Origin: Candidatus Berkelbacteria bacterium CG10_big_fil_rev_8_21_14_0_10_43_13
GTDB lineage: Bacteria; Patescibacteriota; UBA1384; XYA2-FULL-43-10; 1-14-0-10-43-13
Length of the DNA: 64,000 nucleotides
NCBI GenBank assembly: GCA_002773985.1
Contig: PEZW01000018.1
Location: 34,240-98,239 of the forward strand
Direction: 5' to 3'
The notes under the pieces were generated by a model. It was given only the letters and a program-made list of their open reading frames with translations. It searched no databases and was not told the origin of the DNA. Below, piece by piece: positions 10,101-18,500 of the stretch. The position numbers and the translations under genes are program-made. Within the stretch, counting starts at the first letter, position 1, and the number at the start of each line of letters is the position of its first letter.

Positions 10101-10134
10101 TGCTAACTTTAGTTCTACATACTATAGTTAGCAT
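10101..10134 (-). promoter_or_regulatory. Putative C-box operator
   Basis: Dyad tgctaact...agttagca about 20 bp upstream of the C-protein start. Confidence 0.55.
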
Positions 10135-10347
10135 ATAAAAAGATAAACAAAAGGGGTTTCACTGTCTTTCGCGCGGCGGGAGGGAGGGCAAGTGAAAGTA
10201 AATAATCCGCCCCGCCCACAAAAAGCCCTACTTCGCTGAAGCTACGAAGGAGGCGCCGAGAGCGTGCGCATTCCCTCCCCATACCCCTCATTGCTCACAC
10301 CGAATAAAATTTAGAGCAAATAAAAAACGGCTTACACCGTTTAATTT

Positions 10348-10380
10348 TGGTGGACCCTAGGAGACTCGAACTCCTGACCT
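10348..10380 (-). pseudogene. 3' fragment of an older tRNA-Ala (T-arm, acceptor 3' strand, CCA)
   Basis: Reverse complement aggtcaggagttcgagtctcctagggtccacca. Confidence 0.85.
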
Positions 10381-10414
10381 AGCCGATAGATCGGCTCGCG
10401 AATTTGTTTTTATT

Positions 10415-10491
10415 TGGTGGACCTGACCGGGCTTGAACCGGTGACCTCCTCGCTGCCAGCGAGGCGCTCTAGCCAACTGAGCTACAGGCCC
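10415..10491 (-). tRNA. tRNA-Ala(GGC)
   Basis: Full cloverleaf gggcctg...caggtcc-acca; anticodon arm cctcg-ctGGCag-cgagg. Confidence 0.96.
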
Positions 10492-10511
10492 ATTAAAGAA
10501 AAACAAATGGC

Positions 10512-10530
10512 CCAACTAAGCTAAGGGCCC
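10512..10530 (-). pseudogene. 5' fragment of the older tRNA-Ala
   Basis: gggcccttagcttagttgg; GGGCCCT pairs with AGGGTCC of the 10348-10380 fragment. Confidence 0.75.
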
Positions 10531-10645
10531 AATGTTGTCTGAATACAATTCTAGCACAAAAATCGTCAATCGAGAAGAGCATTGAAGTGCGTTGATTGAT
10601 TTCTGTTTTGCGATATAATAATGACATACTTATTTTGGAGGGAAT

Positions 10646-11839
10646 ATGCCGGATCAGGGGATACTAGAATATATCCGTGCCGAGAAGGCGCGTGGTGTCG
10701 ATGCTGAGACAACAAGAAACGAACTCTTGAAAGCCGGCTGGAAGGTCAGTGATATTGAGGTCGCTTTTCGTGCTATGACACCGGAGCCGACCGTAGAGAG
10801 TCACCCGACTGCCGTGACGGCTACTGATTTTTCGAAACTTACCGAACACAAACCATCACCAACAACGATCGCCTTGCAATCAGTTCCGAAATTCAAGTCG
10901 AAGAGATTGATCTTCGAGCTGTTTGCCGTGATCCTGATAGTTCTAGCCGGCGGGGGAATCACTTATGGATATTATTATCACCTCTCACCTTATCTGGTAC
11001 TGAACAAAAGTATGGGCAAGTTATCTGAAGTCAAGACCTTTGAATATTCTCTCACAATCTCAAACACTGACACATCAAACAAATATGACAACTTCACTCT
11101 ACAGTCCAGAGGCGTCGAAGATATCACTGATTTGAATAACACCAAAAGCTCGATCACTCTGAGTGGCACTTCGGCCGATGATAGCACCTTTACCAATCCG
11201 ATCGGATTTCAAATTGATTACCGCAACATTAGCCACAATATTTACGCCAAAGTAGACAAACTTGATGGACTCGAAGACCTGGCTGCGCCCATCTTCGATA
11301 AATGGATTAAGTTTGATTTAACTCCGATCAAGGAGCAATATGATCTCGACAAAGTTGACGAGCCAGTAGCTGGCAGTAAGGATGCATCCAAGATTTCGTC
11401 TGATCAGAAAGATAAATTGTATAAAGCGCTGAAGGCCGATAAAGTCTTTGACTTTTCAGAAAGATTGCTCAATGAAAAAGTAAATGGTGTCGATGCAACT
11501 CACTATCAAATCACTCTGAACAAAGAAGGTTTTCTAGAATTTTACACCGACGCCGCAAAAATTCTGTTTGACAGAGAGTTTACAAACAATGATATCAAAT
11601 CTATGAGGCAAGATTTACGAGTAATTAATTCCGCCGACATAGAGATTTGGATCGGCAAGAATGACTCACTGCCATATAAAATAGTCGGATCATCGCAAAT
11701 CGTCGATCCCAAGACATCTAAAATCACCGGCAGCTCGACCCTGACGCTGAATTTCAAGAATTTCAACAAATCGGTCACTGTCGCAACTCCTACCGATACA
11801 ATTTCGTTCGAAGAAGCCTTCGGCCTTCTCTTCAAGTAA
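10646..11839 (+). CDS. Membrane-anchored hypothetical protein
   Basis: Short N-terminal domain (ILEYIR...LLKAGW), one TM helix, beta-rich extracellular domain. Confidence 0.75.
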   Translation: MPDQGILEYIRAEKARGVDAETTRNELLKAGWKVSDIEVAFRAMTPEPTVESHPTAVTATDFSKLTEHKPSPTTIALQSVPKFKSKRLIFELFAVILIVLAGGGITYGYYYHLSPYLVLNKSMGKLSEVKTFEYSLTISNTDTSNKYDNFTLQSRGVEDITDLNNTKSSITLSGTSADDSTFTNPIGFQIDYRNISHNIYAKVDKLDGLEDLAAPIFDKWIKFDLTPIKEQYDLDKVDEPVAGSKDASKISSDQKDKLYKALKADKVFDFSERLLNEKVNGVDATHYQITLNKEGFLEFYTDAAKILFDREFTNNDIKSMRQDLRVINSADIEIWIGKNDSLPYKIVGSSQIVDPKTSKITGSSTLTLNFKNFNKSVTVATPTDTISFEEAFGLLFK

Positions 11840-11884
11840 GATCTATTGTTGCCACAAAACGTCTTGTTGTGATAACATTAATCT

Positions 11885-13183
11885 ATGATTACCGAACATA
11901 AACCGAACTCTCATCAACCATTGGCTGAGAAATTGCGACCACAAACGCTGGATGATTTTGTTGGTCAGGAACACATCCTCGGTGAGGGGAAGATATTGCG
12001 GCGAATCATCGAGTCGGATCGAATTATCCCGATGATTTTTTGGGGACCACCCGGCTGTGGCAAGACTACATTAGCGAAAATTATTTCCAACAAAACTGAT
12101 TCTAGTTTTGTCTTCTTCTCCGCTGTCACCAGCGGCGTTGCTGATGCCAGAAAATTGATCGCCACCGCGCACGAGGAATTGGAAAATAAAAATCACCGCA
12201 CTATTTTATTTGTCGATGAAATTCATCGTTTTAGCAAATCACAGCAAGACCTGTTTTTGCCTTATGTCGAATCAGGCACTATTATTCTGATCGGGGCAAC
12301 AACAGAAAATCCCTCTTTTCAGGTCAACGCACCACTGCTATCCCGTGCTCGGGTTTTTCATTTTCGCGAAGTGACGATCGACGAAATTATTAAATTAGTA
12401 AAGTCGGTGATTAAAAGGATCAACGCTAAGCCGTCAGAATATTTCCCGACTTTATTTGGTGATTATAAAATAAAAATATCGATTACTGAAGATGCACTTC
12501 AAACTATCGCCAAACTTTGTGACGGTGATGTCAGAGACGCATATAACACTCTCGAGCTAGCAATTATTTCCGCTCCTTATTCTTCGAGTGAATCGAGAAG
12601 TAACAGAAGTAGTTCTCGACTAAGCTCGAACGATAAAATAAATATTGATCAAAAACTGGCCGAGGAATCGATCCAGCAGAAATTTATCCGTTACGACAAG
12701 GGAGCCGATCAACACTTCGATGCGATTTCTGCACTTCATAAATCAATCCGTGCCTCACAACCCGATGCCGCTCTACACTACTTGGCCCGTATGCTTGAAG
12801 CCGGTGAAGATCCACTTTATATTGTCAGACGACTTGTCCGACTCTCAGCCGAAGATATTGGTCTAGCTGACCCACAAGCACTAATTTTAGCTACTTCGAC
12901 GCAACAAGCAGTCCATTTTCTCGGCATGCCGGAATGCAATGATGTCATCGCTGAATTAGTCATTTATCTAGCAAAAGCCAAAAAATCCCGCGCAGTCGAT
13001 GACGCCTATAGTGCGGCAAAAAATGATGTTATAAATGCTCGACTTGACCCGATCCCACTCAAAATTCGCAATGCGCCGACAAAAATGATGAAGGATTTTG
13101 GCTTCGGCAAAGACTATAAAATGTACGACCAAGGGTCGCATCTGCCGGAGAATTTGAAAGATAAGAAATATTGGAAAGAATAG
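11885..13183 (+). CDS. rarA: Replication-associated recombination protein A (MgsA)
   Basis: PLAEKLRP, GPPGCGKTT, DEIHRF, ISALHKSIR, EDIGLAD. Confidence 0.95.
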   Translation: MITEHKPNSHQPLAEKLRPQTLDDFVGQEHILGEGKILRRIIESDRIIPMIFWGPPGCGKTTLAKIISNKTDSSFVFFSAVTSGVADARKLIATAHEELENKNHRTILFVDEIHRFSKSQQDLFLPYVESGTIILIGATTENPSFQVNAPLLSRARVFHFREVTIDEIIKLVKSVIKRINAKPSEYFPTLFGDYKIKISITEDALQTIAKLCDGDVRDAYNTLELAIISAPYSSSESRSNRSSSRLSSNDKINIDQKLAEESIQQKFIRYDKGADQHFDAISALHKSIRASQPDAALHYLARMLEAGEDPLYIVRRLVRLSAEDIGLADPQALILATSTQQAVHFLGMPECNDVIAELVIYLAKAKKSRAVDDAYSAAKNDVINARLDPIPLKIRNAPTKMMKDFGFGKDYKMYDQGSHLPENLKDKKYWKE

Positions 13184-13233
13184 CTGGAAGTTCAAAGCTC
13201 AAGACTAGAAATCCAATGGTGAGGGTAAAAAAG

Positions 13234-14469
13234 TTATTCGTATCGCAGAGCGTCAAGAGGATTGATTTTAGCGGCGCGATGAGACGGGTAGATTCCGGTC
13301 AGATAGCCAATGAAAACTGAGAGGACAATAATCGTCAGCAAAAACCAGTTGGGGATATAAAACATGTTTATTGCCTCGCCGCCGAAAGATTGGGCGACTT
13401 GGGCAAAAACAACATTGACACTGAACATTGCAATATAACCAAGTATTACACCCGAAGCACCACCAACAAAACCGACTGCGACCGCTTCAAACATAAACAT
13501 CTGCTTAATCGCGCGATCAGTCGCACCGATAGCTTTCATCACGCCAATCTCCCGAGTGCGCTCGAGCAGCGCAATGGTCATCGTGTTGAACATACCGATT
13601 GAAGCGATGAAGAGCGCTATCAATCCAATGACGGCAAAAACTATCTGTGAGATGTGAAAAATTTTGTTCATCTGATCAAGCGTATCGATCAGGGCCGTCA
13701 CCGCAAAACCAAGTGCCGATATTTTATCCTTGAGTACTTGGACCGATTCAGCGTTCATGGCCTTAACTTTGAGCTCGAAATATTGAGAAAAATCAATCAA
13801 GTCAAAATTTTTCAGTGGGACGAACACATAGTTGCTCTCATCTTCGATGACACCGACCACCGTAAACTTGTCCGGAAGTTGGAAAACATCAGTTGTTTCC
13901 GCTGCTGTATTTGGCACAAATAAGTCAATGCCGATTTCCTGATTTAGTGCGACTTTAGAAGTATTGAAATTTAGTAATTTTGCGGTGGAACTGCTAATAA
14001 TTATTTTTTTCGCATCTTCTGGCTCATCGGAGAAAGTTGTGCCGTAGGTCATCGTTTTACCGGCCAAACGAAAGTATGAATTTTTCACACCAAAAAGTGC
14101 GCCCTGAGTTTTGATATCAGTCCCAGATAATTGAGCTGAGAGTGATTTGACTGGGCTGACCTCAGCCACTTCTGGCATAGATTTGATCTTGGAAATGGCG
14201 TCATCATTGATGGGGATAATGTTTGAAATATCGCCATTTGCCAAAACATCCAAGGTAACCAAAGACTCAGCATTTGCCACTTTATCAACAACGATTTTTT
14301 GCAATCCAAAAGTAAGACCAACGAGAAAAAGTACGGCGGCAATACCGATACCGATTCCGAAAACGGTTAGCACTGTCCGCATTTTCTTATTGCGGATTCT
14401 CTGGTAATTGATATTTAAAATGTCGCGAAAGCGAATGTCTGTTTTGAAGATATGCTTTTTCAATTTCAT
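13234..14469 (-). CDS. MacB/FtsX-family ABC permease
   Basis: RTVLTVFGIGIG, ERTREIGVMKAIGA, NPLDALRYE. Confidence 0.93.
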   Translation of the reverse strand: MKLKKHIFKTDIRFRDILNINYQRIRNKKMRTVLTVFGIGIGIAAVLFLVGLTFGLQKIVVDKVANAESLVTLDVLANGDISNIIPINDDAISKIKSMPEVAEVSPVKSLSAQLSGTDIKTQGALFGVKNSYFRLAGKTMTYGTTFSDEPEDAKKIIISSSTAKLLNFNTSKVALNQEIGIDLFVPNTAAETTDVFQLPDKFTVVGVIEDESNYVFVPLKNFDLIDFSQYFELKVKAMNAESVQVLKDKISALGFAVTALIDTLDQMNKIFHISQIVFAVIGLIALFIASIGMFNTMTIALLERTREIGVMKAIGATDRAIKQMFMFEAVAVGFVGGASGVILGYIAMFSVNVVFAQVAQSFGGEAINMFYIPNWFLLTIIVLSVFIGYLTGIYPSHRAAKINPLDALRYE

Positions 14470-15503
14470 AGAACCTCCAATAAAGCCTCAATGTTGTCAG
14501 CAATATGGTGAGCAGTATTTGAATAAAGCCCAGCACCACCATCTTTAGTTGGTAAATCGAGATTTTTTCGCAACGCACTAATAGTGATTTTTTTGTCGAT
14601 AGCCGCCTCAATAAGTATGGCAGTTCGCTCAATCTCAGTCTCAGCAAAACCATCAAGCTGGGTTTTCGACAAAATAATTTTCATTAACTTTATTATTTTT
14701 TCTTCTCTCTTGCTATGCTTTTGCTCGACATAAGTAGTCCAGGAGTTTTTCTTTGCTGGTCGCGATGCCTCGCGATGGTGATGAACGGTTTGTTTAATCA
14801 CTTTACCATCCAAAACGTGAATGACCCTATCCGCGTAGTGGAGCTGTTCTGGGTTATGGGTAACTACTATCATCGTCGTGCCGATGTCGTCGTTTAACCT
14901 TGCAAAAAGATCCATAACCTCTGTGGCTGAGGCCGAATCAAGATTGCCCGTTGGCTCATCAGCAATGATAATTGGAGGCTGACAGATCAGAGCTCGCATA
15001 ACTCCGACACGCTGTTGTTGGCCACCAGAAACTTCTGCTGGCAGTCGATCAGCCAGGGCCGACAAATTGAAATCGTTCAACATCTTCGAGACAATCTCAC
15101 GACGTTTTGCTGGTAGTATTTTAGAAAAAACCAGTGGCAAAGAAATATTATCAAAAATATTTAAAGATGGAATGAGGTCATAAGCCTGAAAAACCATTCC
15201 TACTTTTTCACGATGAAAAATTGCCTTCTCTTCCTTGTTCATCTTGTTTATATCGACACCGTCGATTACAACCTTGCCGCCATCAGGAACCTCTAGGCCG
15301 GCTAATATGTTTAACAAAGTAGATTTTCCAGACCCAGACGGTCCGAAAAGGAAAACAATCTCTCCAGGAAAAACCTCAAAACTGACTCCGGCGAGCGCCT
15401 TGACTCGGGATTGTTCCGATCCAAAAAACTTCTCAAGTTTTTCGACGATGATCACCGGCTTTTTTTTCTCTATTGTTTCTCTTATCATAAGTTTTTTGTC
15501 CAA
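14466..15503 (-). CDS. LolD/MacB-family ABC ATPase with C-terminal extension
   Basis: [27 protein letters not shown]. Confidence 0.93.
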   Translation of the reverse strand: MDKKLMIRETIEKKKPVIIVEKLEKFFGSEQSRVKALAGVSFEVFPGEIVFLFGPSGSGKSTLLNILAGLEVPDGGKVVIDGVDINKMNKEEKAIFHREKVGMVFQAYDLIPSLNIFDNISLPLVFSKILPAKRREIVSKMLNDFNLSALADRLPAEVSGGQQQRVGVMRALICQPPIIIADEPTGNLDSASATEVMDLFARLNDDIGTTMIVVTHNPEQLHYADRVIHVLDGKVIKQTVHHHREASRPAKKNSWTTYVEQKHSKREEKIIKLMKIILSKTQLDGFAETEIERTAILIEAAIDKKITISALRKNLDLPTKDGGAGLYSNTAHHIADNIEALLEVL

Positions 15504-18500
15504 CTAAAGGCCTGTTTCAGACCACCAAGAATCAAATCAAATATCGAAGCATTTCTTGTCGGAGTCAACAACATATACTTGTCTGATTTTGCAACATTAC
15601 CGGCCTTGTCGTTGGAGAGAAGATAATACTGGTAAACGGTCGATGGCTTCAGATCGACCAAGACAACGGTGTGGTTTTTGACCAGATCAGATGAAAGGGG
15701 TGTAGAAATTACAGTTTTGCTACTCAGACTATTCTCAGCATAAACAACCTGACTATCGGCAGGTTTGTTTGTTTGCCATGTTATCACCGTCTGGACCTTG
15801 TCCTGAGATCCGGAAACAAGTGCGGAGCGGTTTTCAACTTTGGAAATTACCGGCGTATTACCATCGGCAGAAGTTGAAAAATTGTAAGAGCCGCTGCGGA
15901 CGGTATCACCCTTCTCTGTTCTCATGACAATATTGAAGGAATAACGTGAATCGTCCGAAAGATTAGATAAAGCTACCGTGTGAGTTCGCCCCAGATTGTT
16001 ATCCGCGACAGATAACGGCTTGGTGCTCAAATCACTATTGTACTCAACTATGCCGGTCGAGAGAGAAGCAGTGTTCCAACTAATACTGACCTTTGTCGTC
16101 TCTATATTATTGACCGAAACCGAGGAGATTGTGCCGGTCAACATCGTCACATCATAAAGACTCGAACTTGTCATATTGCCGGCAACGTCGGCGGACTGAA
16201 TTTTGTACTCATAGTTTTGGTTTGGCTCTAAGTTTTCAACTGTCACCGTATGTGCTCGTGAGTAGTTTGTGTCACCGGCAGTAGCAAAATCATCATTCGA
16301 ACCAATCAGCCGATACAAAACTGCTCCCGTCGAGCGAGTATCAGTGGTCCAGCTGACTGTAAAACTCTTCTCTGAAAGCGCTATCACTGTCGGACCACTA
16401 CTGGAGATCTTTGGCCCCAGACCGGAAACTGTCAAGGTCGGATCGGCGACAGAATTGATGACAGATTGTGCCGATTCAAAGGTTGTGTCACTGCTTCTTA
16501 CCGTCAAAGTAGTAAATGTCGCATCGGTATTGCTGTTTAAATTACCGGATTCATCGCTGGCGCTGACTAAATAATGATAGGTTGTGTCTGCAGTTAAGCC
16601 GCGAATAACCACTGTCTTGGTCTTGGTATAAGTATTGTTGCCTTCATTGGCACCATAAGTGTAATCAGTGGTGACTCCATACAAAACTCGACCAAGCGAA
16701 TCCTCATTTGATACAAACGTAATTGTCGCACCAGATGAGGTAATATCGGAAACTGTAACACTCGATATCGTCGGTGCCGTCACATCAGCAGTATCGGTAC
16801 CGGCCGAGGCAGTTGTGAAAGTGGAGGTATCGCTTGTTGTCGTGTTGCTACTTGCGTCTGTGCTGGAAACATTAAAGTAATAGGTTGTATTACTTGTCAG
16901 CCCAGACAAGGTCACTGCGTGACCGGTAACCGAAGTGGCCGAAGTTTCAGCCGATCCCAGCGAACCGGTGGCGCCATAGTTGACAACTGAATTGCTCGAC
17001 TCTGTAGTTGACCAAGTTACTCCGGCTGTCGTCAGCCCCACCACCGTGTTTATATTGGAGATGGTCGGTCCGGTTGTATCAGCCGCAGTCGAAAATGTCT
17101 GCGTTTCCGCATCGGTATTGGTCGTCTTGTTATTACTTGCATCATAAGATATTACTCGGAAATAATAAGTCGTATTAGAGGTTAGATTGGCCAAAGTGAC
17201 GGAATGACTAGTTGCCATTGTGGGCACGCCGGTTTCCGTTGCATAATTTGTGTCTGTGGAGTAGCCGACAGTTGAGTTCGACAATTCGTCGGTTGTCCAA
17301 GTGATAACGACCGAGTTCGTCGTTGGCGTGCCGGCAGCGACACTGGAGATTGCCGGGCCGGTGTAGTCACCACCACCGGATCCGTTTGGCATCAAGCCGG
17401 TACCTGATTGTGCGGCCGCAGCCGCGGCACTGCTTGGAGTACTGTAATTTGACTCATTTACATGATTGTCAACGACTGTGAGCTTGTAATAGTATGTTGT
17501 CGCATTATCAAGACTAGTATCTACATAATAATTTGTCAGCCGATTACTCACCTGCGCCAGAGTTGAAAAATTGTTGTTGTCTGTCGAGCGATAAAGCTGG
17601 TAATAATTGAATCCTTCCGTTGGGGTAGTAACAACATCCCAAGAAATAAATAGACGCCAATCAGAGGTTGAGGAATTCGATGTATCTTGTATCAGGACAT
17701 TTGTAGGGTTTTGGGCAGTTGTCGTTGAGACGGTAGCCGCAGTATTACCATACTGATCTTTGTAAGAAACATAAATTGATTCAGTCCGATCCACGGCCGC
17801 GCTTGCAGACCACGATTTTGAGGAAGCGTAAGAAATCCAGTTACCAGAGTCAGTATTATTTACGTCGGCAGACAAATCAGCACTATTAGAAATTTTCATT
17901 GAAACAGAGTTGCCATCAGTCGCAGCAAGAGTTAAAGTGTCGGTACGAGAATTTAAAATCACAGAGGTGCTCGTCGGCGCTTTTGAATCCATTGTCAATG
18001 CGCTAGTTTCGTCACTACTAAATTGATTGGCAGAATTACCATCATTTGCTACAAGTTTGATAGTAGCCGAGCTACTTTCAATCCCAGAAATATCGCTCGA
18101 CAGTGTCCAGGAAATACTTTTGCCAGTTCCAGTAGCGACTGTACCGACATCACCACTGACACCAGCGCTGACGCGGAGATAAATTGCATCAGAAGTCGAG
18201 TGAGACGCTGCTGTTGTACTTAGCTGTGCACGAGACAATCCCGACAATGCTGTACCGGACCGAGAGGTATAGGTGATCATCTCACTGCCAACTAAAATTG
18301 TCCCGCCACCAGTTGGCAAGAAGGTGTAAGCACTGGCATCGTCGGCTGTCAAAGTTGCACTCGTACCGGAAGATGTAATATCACCGCCAAGTATTGCACC
18401 AAATCCAGCAGTTAGATAAATACTGGCAGTGCTCTCCTCAGGATCAGACAAATTGTAATTGATTGTATACACGCCCGCTGATGATTCAGTGGGGGAGTTT

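Larger units (their letters stand above)
5833..10353. mobile_element. Integrase-less R-M genomic island at the 3' end of a tRNA-Ala fragment
   Basis: 32-bp direct repeat aaaaaacggcttacaccgtttaattttggtgg at 5833-5864 and 10322-10353; internal imperfect IR at 5991-6009/10270-10288; R-M cargo. Confidence 0.75.
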
